A stretch of DNA of 64,000 nt from Macrostomum hystrix (lineage: Eukaryota; Animalia; Platyhelminthes). The position numbers were made by a program, and so were the translations under genes. This document shows positions 38,142 to 50,266 of this stretch, in pieces (the stretch's first letter is position 1; each line of letters opens with the position of its first letter). The stretch spans positions 10,106,001 to 10,170,000 of the forward strand of contig CATNEN010000038.1 of NCBI GenBank assembly GCA_950097015.1, written 5' to 3'. Under the pieces are notes generated by a model. That model was not told the origin of the DNA, searched no databases, and saw only the letters and a program-made list of their open reading frames with translations.

Positions 38142-39199
38142 GCGTGGCCTGACTATTAGCTGTAAATAAGACAAATATTAATCAAATTGGAAATCCTCTT
38201 TGAAATTTTATCTTATCCTATGTCTAGTTATCAAGAGAAGCAACTATAGCACTAAATAGAATGCTTGTGTGTGTTTGTGTGTGTGATGCACGGAAAATAA
38301 AATCTAGGAGGCTAGGTTCTAGGTTCGTGTCAGCAGCGTGTGCCTGCGTGTTACCAGGCTTCTCTGCTTGACAGATGCACAAATTGGGCCCCAAAACTTC
38401 TATGAAAGCAATAAATAGGCGTTTCCGTACAAGAGTGGAAGTTTTGAATAGAGAAAAAAGATGAAGGAAAAATAGGCGCAGAAACCTAAAACGCGTCAGA
38501 CTTGCTGGACAGAGTAGACAGCACCGATGCAGGCTAAGTGCGCGGCAATTTTGACTGCGTGCTGTTCAGCACGAAAAATGGAGAGAAATAGAACCAAAAA
38601 ACTGGACTAAGCACAGTTTTAAAGGCCGAGAAATGGATAAACTTCTAACCCTATTGGCTAGAAGATGTTAAGTGTATCTGGCGCACTATAATGCTTTTCT
38701 TTCTCTTTTATACCAACCTAAACTGCGACGCCAAAGAAGGAAGGATTGTATGTACACGTTTCCGTTTACAAAACTGTCAGTACAGAACACAAGGCAATGC
38801 ACATTAATTTTAGGATGCGTTGCTAACCTTCCAGTTTCACTTTACATTTTTAATCTAAAAGAAGAAACACTAGAAGCTTTAATTTGTGAAGTAAGTTCGA
38901 AAACAGAAGCCCAACGCGGGACTCCTCTAAGTGGGTACAAATTGATATGAGGCGTCAGATGATAAAATAGATTTAATTTATAGAAATGACAGTAACAATA
39001 TAATGAAATTACTAAAATACAGTTATTGGGCAGTTGCCATCATAGACGTCAAAGAAAATTTACTTAAAAAACAATTACATTATTTTCTGCAGTTTGAAAA
39101 TGCCAGGTACTTGTTGCTGTTGCATTTGATAACAACCATCTATTCGAATCAGTTACCAACGCTTTTACAAGAGCTGACAGATGCTAGTGTTGACAGAGT

Positions 39200-40747
39200 C
39201 CCATACGATGGCCTTACAATCTGCTGCTCTATAAAGCACTTTGTTTCTGCACTGGCGGGGCTGGCCGGGCTGACGACTTTCAGCAGCAATGGGCTCAACA
39301 TGCAAACGCCTGCACACCGCACCTTACACCGCACCGCACACCGCCCTGGATAATGACAAAGTTCATCATCCCATGCTGCTCTCCAGCTAACTCCCACAAG
39401 CCCTGCTGCGCTGGATTCATGCGTATCTTAGCTGTTGGTCCTCGAGGGTGGAATTCCGGTCTGCTCTTTCTAACTCCAGACCCATTCATGCCGGCGTCCC
39501 ACAAGGTGGCATGCTCTCGCTGCTACTGTTTGCCATCTACATGCCCGACATGCCGAGCCCACCACCAGGCCTTCACATCGTGCAATATGCAGATGAAATC
39601 TCTATTTGTGCCCGCAGCGCTCTTGTCAATCGAAAGCTATCTCTTGTTCAGCCCTATCTGGACTCGCTTTGTCAGTACATGGACAACAAACACATGCTGC
39701 TCTCTCCCGGGAAATCTATGTCCATGATCTTCACCAGCTCATCTCATGAATTCAGGGCCTCTAGAATGGTTCTCCTCTGTGGCACGCCTAGAGTCTAACT
39801 GACGAAATCCGAAAATTCTGGGGCTCACGTTTTGACCCCTTGCTGCGATTCCATGAACACTCAAAAAGCATCAGCCCCAAGGTCTACTCCAGAACTGCCA
39901 TCCTGAGAGCCCTGGCCGGCACCGAATGGGGTCAAGACAAGGAGACCTTCCTTGCTACATACAAAGCCATCTGCTGCTCCCATACCAACTACTATCTGCA
40001 CCTATCTTGTCACTGCTCATCAGGTCTGAAAATGCTGCCCTGTGTGTTATCACGGGTTGCCACAGCTGCACCAAGTTGATCTGTTTGTGCAGCCACAGCT
40101 GCATAGCTGCACCATTCTCCCAGTAAAAGCTCAATAGGAGCTCCTAGTCATTCAGTTCTAGACAGCCTGCGCTCTCCGCAGCCATCCTAATGAGCTACAC
40201 TCCAAGCCAGATTCACACAGCAGCAGTAGTGGCAACCTTTGGTTTTTTAGCTACACGACTCTTCAATGCCTGCACCTCAATGTCTCCGTGCTCTTTGATT
40301 GGCCTTTCCTTTGTGTATTTTTAAGCATCGTTCATTTAGCTATTGTTTGAGAACACTTGAGCACTTCATCAATTCTGTGCTGGACACAAGGCCTCCTACT
40401 ATTGATGCTTCCAAGTGTCTCCTCAGCAGATGCTGATGGACCACCCAGGCACAATTGTTGAACAGGCACTGCAAACTTTTAGCTACCTATGCAGCAAGGC
40501 TTGACCCCCTGACATTGCTTATCTGCTGTGCCATGGCTGAAACTGATGAACATATTTTAAACTGTGATTGGTTTGCCACCAGGCTGACTTCTGCCTGTCT
40601 CTGCTAACTGCTTAACTGCTAAACTCTAGACTTAGCCTTGTGCAGCACTTAAGTTTGTTGGCAAGTTCCTCCAATACCCTGACATTGGCCCTAGTCCTTC
40701 CATGAAGAGGGCTATTACACAAACATACACACATGCATACACACTCA

Positions 40748-40785
<38 letters not shown>
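39200..40785 (+). mobile_element. 5'-truncated, frameshifted non-LTR retrotransposon (LINE; Ingi/Vingi-like)
   Basis: RT motifs GVPQGGMLSLLLFAIYM and QYADEISI; RALAGTEWGQDKETFLATYKAI; C-terminal zinc-knuckle remnant ETDEHILNC; (CA)n tail at ~40720-40785. Many frameshifts and stops. Confidence 0.85.
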
Positions 40786-40788
<3 letters not shown>

Positions 40789-42103
40789 TCCTGACTTTAG
40801 ATATTGGTTGTGGCTTCTTAATGAACAGCTGACATGTGGGATTGTCTGTATCCTAATTAAATTAACTAGGGTACTTTACAATTAGCTCAATTGTCTATTA
40901 GTTCCAGGGGACTGCTAGTCAAGAACTTAAATTACATGAATCAAGTAATACATGTAATATGATACACTTTGATTTCACCTAAGCACAAGCTTCTATAAGA
41001 CAAAGACACTAAAATTTGCAAATGTAGGGATCTTGGAAATCTTGGGCATCAAAAATCTAAAAGCCAAGCAATTTTTACTTAGAGAAAAAACTAGCTGTCA
41101 AGTTTAAATTGACATTATAGCCTTAACTATTAAGTTTAGAAGTTGGTATGAGTAACCCAGATTAGAAAACTTAAAGTTTATTATAATTTGATTTAAAAGT
41201 GTGAAATATAAAAACTGTTACATTTGATTTATAGCTTAAGAAAGTAAAAAATAACATAGTTTGTTTAAATTACCTAATTATTTTTTAAAACCAAATATTG
41301 AGTTAAAAATCAAAAGAAAATACAACCAATGGACACGAATCAACATACAAATAGATTATAATATTTTAAGTGTTATGGTATTTAGCTGTAGCATTCATAA
41401 TTAGGTATTTAAAAGGTCCTTTAAATAAGGTTGTCTAATTACAAAGGCTTTAACCTAAATAGACATACTTTATAGCCTAATATTCTATAAATTATAGGCT
41501 TATATTAAACTTTTTGAAAGTTTGGTGAAATTGCAACATCTATTTTTGGATAGTTTACTATGATAAAGTTCTGTCACAAACAGAGTTAGTTGTCTTGCTA
41601 GTTTACTCTAATTTACTCTGCTCCACCTATGCCAAACCACCTCAATGCTTGCAAAAAAAATTTACATGCTACACTTGCATATATATGAAGTAGTCTGTCC
41701 ACAGTCTGGCTTTCCCATACCACTAATTTAATTAAAGGTTCTTACAGAACCTTAACACTAAAAAAATCAAACAATTATGTTGATGATAAATAATATAACA
41801 AACATTTTGGTTGCTAATACATGTTTAACTGTTAATTTGATTTTTGTGTAATTTTAGATTTGTCTAGAGAAAAAAATCTCAGAAATAACTATTATTTTAG
41901 GCATTAAAAATGTTAGTTATACTTATAGGGTTGCCAGTTCTTTAAATACAAAATGTTTTAATATAGCTCTAAATTCTGCTAACCAAAATCATCATAATGA
42001 GTGCACAGAATAAAGTAGATAGGCCTAGGCTATCCAACTTGTCATCCAGTCCCATATATGATTCATATTAAAATTTAGGCCATATTAGGCTGCTATAAAA
42101 TAT

Positions 42104-42689
42104 GGTAATTGTTATTTTTCTGGTTAACTGGACAAATAGCCATTTGATTATTTGTCCAGTTAAACGGTTAACCACCCAAGGACTTAATTTCTCCCCTTTC
42201 AATGAGAAGGAGCAATGATCCTCCCAAAGACCACTCTTGCCCTGCTGAGAGCCATCTTGAGTCTTGACCTCACAAAGACCAAACTATACATTTGAACTAA
42301 GTTAGTCCCTGAAACAACCGAATTTCTGTAAAAGGTTTTAATTTTTTATGTTAGCGACATTTTATCGCGCGGTAAAAACCGCTAACTTCACTGCAGGGTA
42401 ATGTGTTGACATTAGTATGCGGTAAAGTTAGTGGTTTTTACTGAGCAGTAAAATGTCACTAACGAATTTTTTTTAATTAGCTGATAAGCAAAACTAATTT
42501 GAGACACAAACTTCAAATCTGAATGACTGTCCTTTTGCAGCTTGTTAATTATTTTTTCTTACATGAGGTTCTTGTGGTAGCACTACAACCCCTTATAACT
42601 TAGTTATAAGTTAACCGGAGTTAACTCAGTTAACTGGACAATTAATCAAATGGCTATTTGTCCAGTTAACCGGACAAAAAACAACTGCC
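42104..42689. mobile_element. Mutator-like (MULE) MITE
   Basis: ~60-bp TIRs (ggtaattgttatttttctggttaactggacaaatagccatttgatta / taatcaaatggctatttgtccagttaaccggacaaaaaacaactgcc) and a 9-bp TSD ataaaatat at 42095-42103 and 42690-42698. Confidence 0.85.
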
Positions 42690-43306
42690 ATAAAATATAA
42701 GCCGGACTGTCAGTGCCATGAAATTTTTTAGCTGCCATACAAGTGTGACTTTTGAATCAAACTAATTAGCCTAGCTATAAATCTTGCAAGTCTTACTCCT
42801 ACTGTAGTATAAATCGCGTGAACTATAGGCCTGGTTGAGTACTCTAGTTTGAGAAGCAGCATTAACTTCATGATAAATTCACTCACAAACTCAAAAGCCT
42901 CAGGGAGAGAATTGTAAAGCTTAAGTAGAACAATCTTAAGTAGAATTATTAGGCAATTAGCAAATTTGGAAAACACCCAACAGATAAACACAAAAAAAAC
43001 AAAAAAGGCCAACGACTTTTCCAACAGTAAATAGCATTTACAGCGTGGAATAAGTGGATGGGGAGTCCGTCCATCCACAAAAGAGCGCCAATTTTCGATG
43101 AACACAGCTTTTCAAAGAAATATCAATATATTTTTATAATAGGCCCCCTAGGCCTAATATTTTACAGACAAGCTCCTTGTAGGTTGTCTCATCTCTTAAA
43201 TAGTTGCAAAGAAAAAAATTAGCCTTTTGTTGTTTGTTTGTTTGTTTTTCTACTTAGAATTTTTTCAAAGAGTTTTATACACCCCCCGAGTAGGCCTGCC
43301 CTAGGC

Positions 43307-43758
43307 CACCCGTGTTGACAGAGATAGGGTCTAAGAAACGGTAATCGAAAATGCGCGACGGTCGGCTAATAGGCAACTCCGAACATGTTCTTTGTTCCGA
43401 GAACATGTTCTTTTTGATTTATAAGGCTTCGTATTGTAAAATATATATATGTAGCTACATGCTGAATGCGCCGTTGAGAGAAAACTATATTGCTGGCTAA
43501 TATGTACGTTAAGTGCTGGTGAACTAGGATATTACTAGACATAGCATGGTTTAACTCTGTCTTGTTTGTTGACCTCATGCCAAGGAGGGCATAGTTTTTT
43601 CTTCATTATTTTTTCTTCACCTAGCGGTATTTAATATACATTAAGTAGCCTTATTGATTTAAAAGAACATGTTCTCGGAACAAAGAACATGTTCGGAGTT
43701 GCCTATTAGGCGACCGTCGCGCATGTTCGATGTAGCCTAAGAGTCGTCAACACGGCTG
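43307..43758. mobile_element. TIR MITE (CA..TG termini) with long subterminal inverted repeats
   Basis: TIRs cacccgtgttgac / gtcaacacggctg, ~60-bp inner inverted blocks, flanking direct repeat cctaggc on both sides. Confidence 0.8.
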
Positions 43759-43931
43759 CCTAGGCCTAGTTTTAGTAATATAACAAAAAATAGTTTTAAA
43801 AGTTTTTTATATTGCTTGCTTGTTGATTGCCTTAATTTCCTGGTTCCTCTTACTAGTTGCAAAACAGACTTGTTGTATGAGCCAATCTGCAGCTCTACAT
43901 ATACTACTAAAAGTCGTTGTGGCTCTTTTTG

Positions 43932-44456
43932 TCAAAAAAGCAGCTGTACTTTTTGCAGCACCAAGTAACTTGGTCTAGAAATTTTTTTACTGTGTGAAAT
44001 CATAGTTATTGCCATAGGTTCAGTGTATATGTACACTGAGCTCATCGGTTGACGTCTGGCCATTGATTCAGCAATCGGCACCTCCGTCTCCGCCTGGTCC
44101 TTCAGGATTCTGCAGCGTTTGACGGGGTCTACCGGGACGGGCAACCGTGAGTTCGGTGCGGACCTCTTGTGAGAACCTCCAGCTTGCGGAACATTACGTC
44201 CTGGTGATTTTGACACTAGCCGACCACTTACATTGGCTAGCCGAGGAGCAGTTCGCGTCCGGAGTGGGGCTTCATTTTCTTGATCATCCATGATCTCCAC
44301 AATCTCACTTTCGGCTGGGACTTCTGCCTGAGTGATAATGACATTTTGCTCTGATGGATTAATCTCAGCATTGGAGCTGAATGGGGATAGGTCTATTGTT
44401 ACTGCTTCTAGCAGTCTATCAAATTCGTCGGGGTCCAATATATCTTGTTCGGCCAT
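43932..44456 (-). CDS. Accessory ORF downstream of Gypsy integrase (unknown function; probably 3'-truncated near 44040)
   Basis: ATG at 44456 (MAEQDILDPDEFDRLLE...KRCRILK), same strand as gag/pol, preceded by TATATAAA and CCAAT motifs. Confidence 0.5.
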   Translation of the reverse strand: MAEQDILDPDEFDRLLEAVTIDLSPFSSNAEINPSEQNVIITQAEVPAESEIVEIMDDQENEAPLRTRTAPRLANVSGRLVSKSPGRNVPQAGGSHKRSAPNSRLPVPVDPVKRCRILKDQAETEVPIAESMARRQPMSSVYIYTEPMAITMISHSKKISRPSYLVLQKVQLLF

Positions 44457-44766
44457 GACGGCAATTGAAATGTAAAACACACAATTAGTGGGGAGGTTCA
44501 AGACGAACGGACAGTTGACATTTGCCCGCCTGCTGTTCTTGTTTATATAGGCGACAAAACTAGGGGTTGTCGACTCCCAATTGGTTGACTGGAGGTTTCT
44601 TCAAATTTTTCTGGCTCCTTGGAAGACCCTTAATTCTTGAATTCTATTGGCTCGCTTACTATCCCTTGGTTCTCGGTTTCTATTGGCTTGTGAGACTTTC
44701 CCATATAGTCATCCCTTGACATCGTGCGAGCTTGCTTTCACCCCTGTTGCGTAATCATCCCCTCTC

Positions 44767-46265
44767 TTAAATCTGTATAGTTCCCAAAAGATTGAATACA
44801 GTGATAAGCCTCTGTAAATAGCCTTGATACCTAGCAGGGGGTCTGACTTGCCTTCTAGTATTGTATGGACGCTCAGATGGCCTCTGTTCATTGTTCTCCT
44901 CTTCGCTGTTTTCGTCTGAGGTGGATGCCTCCTCACTATTGATTGTGGTCTCATTCTCTTCTTCGCTTGCGCCTTCTATGGGCTCTGATTCACTCATTCC
45001 AATTTCTACTTCTGCTCCAATATCGAGTTGCTCACCTTGAATTATACTCTGCTCATGATTATCATTGCAATGCCAATTTATTCTTTCCTCTTCGGATGAT
45101 GACTCTTCATCGAATGGTTGTTCCTTCTTTCGGGACTGGCTTCCCTTAATTCTTGCTTCTGTCCTAGTCTTTTTCTTGGTGGTCTGCTGGCTTCCCTTAA
45201 CTAATTCCTCTAGTTTTTTGACTGAATTGGGCACGGGTGTCAAATTATCGCGGTGTACTAGCATCAAATTTCCTACTAGGATTCCTTCTTCCTCTTTCTG
45301 TACCTTGAATACTACTTCAGAAATACATTCTATCACACGATAAGCAGATCTCTGCTTGCGATGGAATTTATGTGATTCTTCCGTATCTAGCTGTGGATTA
45401 TTGATTAGAGCTAAACTTCCTAGCAAGATCTCTTTCGGCGGCTTGTTGATTCTGGCCGCTGCTTGTCTTTGTTCCACGACGGACTCCAATTTCTTCTTCA
45501 CTATTTTCTGGGCAGTTTCTAATCTTTCTGCGTGTTCAGCGACATAAGATGGATAGCTAGAAAAGGACTTAGCTTCTTTGATCTGGGTATCTAATGGCAA
45601 TACGGCTTCCCTACCGAATAACAGGTAATGAGGGGTGAAGCCTGTTGTTTGATTTACGCTTGTGCGAACTGCAACCAATGCAGCTGGAATCATTAAATCC
45701 CAATTGTTGTGATCCTTTTCATTTAAACAGGTCACAATGGATTTTATTTGCTTGTTGAACCTCTCTACTAAGCCGTTACTTTGGGCATGATATGGGGTGA
45801 TGAACGTATGTTTCACATTGTACAAGCTGCAAACGCCTTAAATTGTCTACTTGCAAACGTTTTCCCATTATCAGTGTGAATCCAGTGACATTGACTAAAT
45901 TCTGTGAATATTCTCTCCTGTAGAATCTTAATGACAGTGTCTGCCTTTTGATTTCTCACGGGGAACGCAAATGGGTACTTTGTGGTACTATCGATGACCG
46001 TAAGTACATAGCGGTGCCCTCTCCGACTTTCCTTTGATATTGGGCCGATCAAATCGCAGTGGAGACGATAGAAGGGTTCGCATATAGGGAACGATTGAAT
46101 TGGGGCCTGGATTCGGTGTCCTCGCTTGCTTTCAAGACAATGGATACATTCTGCAATGTACTTTTCGATAACTGTGACCAGACCGGGTCTCCAGAATCTC
46201 TGCTTGACTTTCTGCACAGTCTTATCTCGTCCTAGATGTCCAGACAATGGGCTCTCACCTCTCAT
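44767..46265 (-). pseudogene. Gypsy integrase split by two frameshifts (~46260 and ~45820)
   Basis: ORFs 45813-46265 and 44767-45825 carry consecutive integrase motifs. Confidence 0.9.
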
Positions 46266-48477
46266 GCAAATCAGTAAATATTACTTGATCGAGGGCCTTG
46301 GGTAAAACAATCTTCCAGTCCTCTTCTTCTTGAATTATCAGCATGCCATTCTCGATCGACATTTTCTCATAGGCTTTGCTCATCTGCCTGATCTCACTAC
46401 TGGAATGATCTGTTATCTGGGGATCCCTACACTTTTTCTTCCAATCAATGAGGGTACTAATCGTAGGATCTTCCTGCTGAGCTTTAATTAATTGTTCGTG
46501 CTTCAGGGGCATGGGTAGATAATCTGTTAATAACTTTTCACACTTGCCATTGATTTCTTGCAGTGTTTCATTTCGCTGTGGGGGATTGAATTCTTTGGCG
46601 GCCGGATTCAATAGCATTACGCTGACATCCTGAGGTCCTTCCTGAATTCTTTCCTTCTCTAATCCTGAAACTGTAGACGGGATCCTAATATTGGGATCAA
46701 TTGTCATTGTCTCTCCTTCGAATGGCAAAACAGTCTGTGGCTTGGTCAAGCTAAGGGAGCTATCATTGGCCATTTCCTGTTCGGGTTTCTCATTCATACT
46801 GCTGTTCTTCAATGACTGCTCTATGACTGGGATACCTTCGGGGACTTCGGCTGGTCTTCGGGATAGGCTGTCGGCGTTTTGATTTTTCGCACCGCTTCTG
46901 TGTTCAATATCGAACTTGAATTCGTTTAGGCGCTCAATCCACCTGCCTAGTATACCTTGTGCTTCAGTCTGCCTAAGTAACCAGATAATAGCTTGATGAT
47001 CGGTTCTGGCTAGAAACTTCTTGCCTAATAGATAAAATCTAAAATGTTTCATTGCATCGACTAGTGCTAATAATTCCTTCCTAGTGATGGGGTAACGCTT
47101 TTCCGATTCTTTCATTGCGCGGCTGAAGTAAGCTAACGGCCGTTCTACACCATCGGACTGAATTTGACTTAAGACTGCACCGATTCTATTATCACTAGCG
47201 TCTGTATCCAACACCATTTTCACACTTTCATCATCGATAAATTCGGGATAGGCTAGCACTTCTGTGGACATCATACGGGTTTTAAGTGATTCAAAAGCCT
47301 GATCATGGATCTCACTCCATTTCTCCTTAAAGTTCTGAACTCCCTTTCGAGTCAGTTGAAATAATGGGTGGGCTGCTTCCGCATAATTTTTAATAAAGCG
47401 ACTATAATAATTACACAATCCTAAAAAACTTCGTAACTCTTTGGCATCTTCTGGCTTTGGCCATGTCTTAATTGCTTCGATTTTCTCTTCATCGGTGCGA
47501 ATGCCTTCTATGCCTATAATATGGCCTAGGTATTTTAATTCCTTGTGACATAAATTGCATTTCTTCGGTCTAAGTTTCAAACCTGCAGTGATTAACCGTT
47601 GAAATACTTCCTTAAGATGGGCCAAATGGTCATTAAAGTTCTTTGAATAAGTAACAATGTCATCAATATACGACATTGCGAATTTATGTTGGATTCCTAA
47701 AAGTACAAGGTTCATTAGTCTTTGGAACGTTCCGGGAGCATTTGATAAGCCTTGGGCCATGACCTCATATTGAAATTGGCCTCTTGTCAGGGTGGAAAAA
47801 GCTGTCATATGCTTATGCTCTTCTTTTATTGGCACTTGCCAATAACCGGAATTTAGATCTAGACTACTAAAATACTGACTTCCTGTAAGATAAGAGAATG
47901 TCTGATGAATATTAGGTAATGGGTAGGGTACATAATCGACTTTAGAATTCAATACTCGGAAATCACAAACGATTCTGATAGAACCATCTTTCTTCGGAAC
48001 AATCACTAATGGAGTACTATAAGTAGAATAACATGGTCTGATTAGATTCTTAGCTAACATATCATCTAATTGTAAGTCGACTTGTTTTTGTAAATGAGGT
48101 GGAATTCGTCTGGTCGGAATTCTTACAGGTGTTTCGTCATTCAAAGATATCTCATGGGTAATGAGGTGGGTCAATCCCATGTCTAGATCATTCTGTGAAA
48201 AGGCATTTCGATGCTCTTTAATCAATTCGATGACCGACTGTTTCTGCTCACTGGAGAGTTCTGACCCGATTCTGATCTCCTCAATCCAGGCATCTTCCAC
48301 AGTTTGGGTTTGGTTGACTTTTCCGGCTGACTCAGGATCGGCTTGACTGACTGATTTAAAATAGGCTAAATCACTGGCTTTCACCGGTTTTGCCAATCCT
48401 ACTAAAGTGGACTTGGTCAGTTTCACGTCTACTGGATGATGATTCACAATTTCCACTACGGCCGTGCCATCTCTCAT
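46255..48477 (-). CDS. pol: Gypsy pol: reverse transcriptase + RNase H
   Basis: 740-aa ORF with YIDD and RNase H catalytic motifs. Confidence 0.93.
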   Translation of the reverse strand: MRDGTAVVEIVNHHPVDVKLTKSTLVGLAKPVKASDLAYFKSVSQADPESAGKVNQTQTVEDAWIEEIRIGSELSSEQKQSVIELIKEHRNAFSQNDLDMGLTHLITHEISLNDETPVRIPTRRIPPHLQKQVDLQLDDMLAKNLIRPCYSTYSTPLVIVPKKDGSIRIVCDFRVLNSKVDYVPYPLPNIHQTFSYLTGSQYFSSLDLNSGYWQVPIKEEHKHMTAFSTLTRGQFQYEVMAQGLSNAPGTFQRLMNLVLLGIQHKFAMSYIDDIVTYSKNFNDHLAHLKEVFQRLITAGLKLRPKKCNLCHKELKYLGHIIGIEGIRTDEEKIEAIKTWPKPEDAKELRSFLGLCNYYSRFIKNYAEAAHPLFQLTRKGVQNFKEKWSEIHDQAFESLKTRMMSTEVLAYPEFIDDESVKMVLDTDASDNRIGAVLSQIQSDGVERPLAYFSRAMKESEKRYPITRKELLALVDAMKHFRFYLLGKKFLARTDHQAIIWLLRQTEAQGILGRWIERLNEFKFDIEHRSGAKNQNADSLSRRPAEVPEGIPVIEQSLKNSSMNEKPEQEMANDSSLSLTKPQTVLPFEGETMTIDPNIRIPSTVSGLEKERIQEGPQDVSVMLLNPAAKEFNPPQRNETLQEINGKCEKLLTDYLPMPLKHEQLIKAQQEDPTISTLIDWKKKCRDPQITDHSSSEIRQMSKAYEKMSIENGMLIIQEEEDWKIVLPKALDQVIFTDLHER

Positions 48478-49325
48478 AGTGACTCATGCGGTCTCTGACC
48501 ATAGGGGGCCTGTGGTCTATACCGATTTGGTTGGTAGGGCTGCTGAAAGCGCGCTTGCTGCTGCATAAGCGGCTGGGGCGGCTGATACTGCCTTTGATTT
48601 TCTGCTCTCCTTTTCTCCTCAATCAAATTCTGAATTAGTTGCTTCTGCTTACTAATCTCCTGTTTCTGCTGCTGGATCACTTCCTCTAACTTGTCCTGCT
48701 GACTCTCGCTTTCTTCTCCCTTCACCATTCTGACTCCACTCTTATGGGATAGGTGCCATGCGGCTTCAATCCTACGCAACATCCGTCTTGCTTCTTGCAG
48801 GGTCGCGGGCTGTGCAAATATCAACTTCTCTCTTGTCTCAGATGGGATCCTAGTTCCTTTTAGAAACTGTTCCACAACTTCCTCCTCTCTTTGCTCCGCG
48901 TTCATGTTAGGGAATGCCCTTGTTGCTAGCTCAATGAGGGCGTCGGCAAACATGTCTGTTGGCTCATTACGTCCTTGCATTCTTCCGCGAAACTCCTCTC
49001 TAAATTCGGATGCGCTTCCTATTCTTCCAAATCGCTCTATCAGTCTCTCCCTAAACTCCTCATAGGTTAGATCGTCGGGTAGATTTAGTCGTTGGACTGC
49101 AGCGAAAGCTGTTGCTAGGTCAAGGTTGGCTAAGAGCTCATTCTTTCTGTGCTCGTCCTGATTTAAACCTTCAGTATCGCACCTTTGGTCAAATGCAGTT
49201 AGCCAAATTCTAATGTCTTGACTTGGAGTGTACTTTAGGATCTTAATATGCCTCATTGGCCCTAGTTCAAGTCTATTTCTTAGCTCTTCGGCTAACAATC
49301 CGATAGCGTCATTTATTCCTGCCAT
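48474..49325 (-). CDS. gag: Gypsy gag (capsid region; C-terminus truncated)
   Basis: ORF directly after the PBS. RMQGRNEPTDMFADALIELATRAFP...QFLKG is the retrotransposon gag signature. Confidence 0.85.
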   Translation of the reverse strand: MAGINDAIGLLAEELRNRLELGPMRHIKILKYTPSQDIRIWLTAFDQRCDTEGLNQDEHRKNELLANLDLATAFAAVQRLNLPDDLTYEEFRERLIERFGRIGSASEFREEFRGRMQGRNEPTDMFADALIELATRAFPNMNAEQREEEVVEQFLKGTRIPSETREKLIFAQPATLQEARRMLRRIEAAWHLSHKSGVRMVKGEESESQQDKLEEVIQQQKQEISKQKQLIQNLIEEKRRAENQRQYQPPQPLMQQQARFQQPYQPNRYRPQAPYGQRPHESL

Positions 49326-49367
49326 TACGGTCGGTCTGTTTGTGTGTTTGACTGAATTCTAATCCTT

Positions 49368-49381
49368 CACCGCTGCTACCA
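49368..49381 (-). promoter_or_regulatory. Primer-binding site TGGTAGCAGCGGTG (tRNA-Leu-like; first 9 nt also fit initiator Met)
   Basis: TGG motif 3 nt after the LTR end ...GACA at 49385. Confidence 0.7.
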
Positions 49382-49384
49382 AGT

Positions 49385-50266
49385 TGTCGTAGGGCCCTTT
49401 TATCTTCTTGCTTTTCCTCTATTAATCTCTAATTAAGGTTTAGTTTGTAACTTTTTGGTAGGATTATCTTAACTATGGGTTTATTTATTCATAAATGACT
49501 TCTAAGTATCAGCTTTTGAAAGGAAAGACCTCTTGTTGTCTGTTATATCTATAGGTAGCGATTTACGTGTGTCCGAGCGGCAAGACACTTAATTAATACT
49601 GATCATAACGCACAAACTTTATTGATAAATTTGCTACAATACGTACTGATTTGAGTTTTCCAGTCCTAATCAGGTTACCAATGGACTAGAGTTGCCCAGT
49701 CAATTACACAATTTGAATAACTCCTTTTTTTAGTTCTATTACAGCTTGGCTTTATCTCAATAGGGAGGTATGAAATGAGTAAGACACTTTTAACAATATT
49801 ATGTAAAACACTGTTTAACTCGCGAGTGAGCGCGGAACTCAGGTTGTCTTTCTCCTAAAATTCCCTCTATATTTATAGGATCACATTGGGGTGGCGTACC
49901 CCACTAAAACACGGAACCATTTAAACAAAAGTTATACGGTAACATTATTTCGCGCCAATTTGACTTTAAAATGTTTTGATAATTAAATCAAGGACCACTA
50001 GAAGAAGAAGCATATATTAATTACACGAGCATACATATTACATATTACAGACATATTACATATTACATACATATTACATATTGCAGACATATTACATAAG
50101 TAAACTTTTCGATATTCGTATCAGTTATGTTCATTTACTGTTGATGTGGTGAAAATGAAACTTAAATTAGTTTTTGTTGCTAGGCCTATTAAATATTTTT
50201 ATTTAAATACTATTATTCTGTGAATTCTTCTTCTAGTGGTCCTTGAATTAAATACGCTGCCTCACA
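49385..50266 (-). repeat. 5' LTR (TG..CA), interrupted by a 257-bp insertion
   Basis: Minus strand starts TGTGAGGCAGCG at 50266 and ends ACGACA at 49385, with TATAAATA near 49870 and AATAAA near 49620. The 5' boundary is inferred without a second LTR. Confidence 0.6.
49989..50245. mobile_element. 257-bp TIR-bounded insertion with 8-bp TSD (P-element-like CAAGG termini) carrying copied local DNA
   Basis: Perfect 21-bp TIRs caaggaccactagaagaagaa / ttcttcttctagtggtccttg; TSD aattaaat at 49981-49988 and 50246-50253; interior 50020-50226 matches 51622-51828. Confidence 0.85.

Larger units (their letters stand above)
44040..50266 (-). mobile_element. Defective Ty3/Gypsy LTR retrotransposon (5' LTR, PBS, gag, RT-RNaseH, integrase; no protease, no 3' LTR seen)
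   Basis: RT LDLNSGYWQV, GLSNAPGTFQ, YIDD; RNaseH DTDASD, KELLA, RTDHQ; integrase HHCC (GHLG..CIHC), DLIGP, TDNG, SNGLVERFN. Domain order RT-RH-INT. Confidence 0.95.

Noticed and set aside
43000-44040. 3' LTR of the Gypsy element
   Set aside because: No match to 49385-50266 was found; the element appears truncated.
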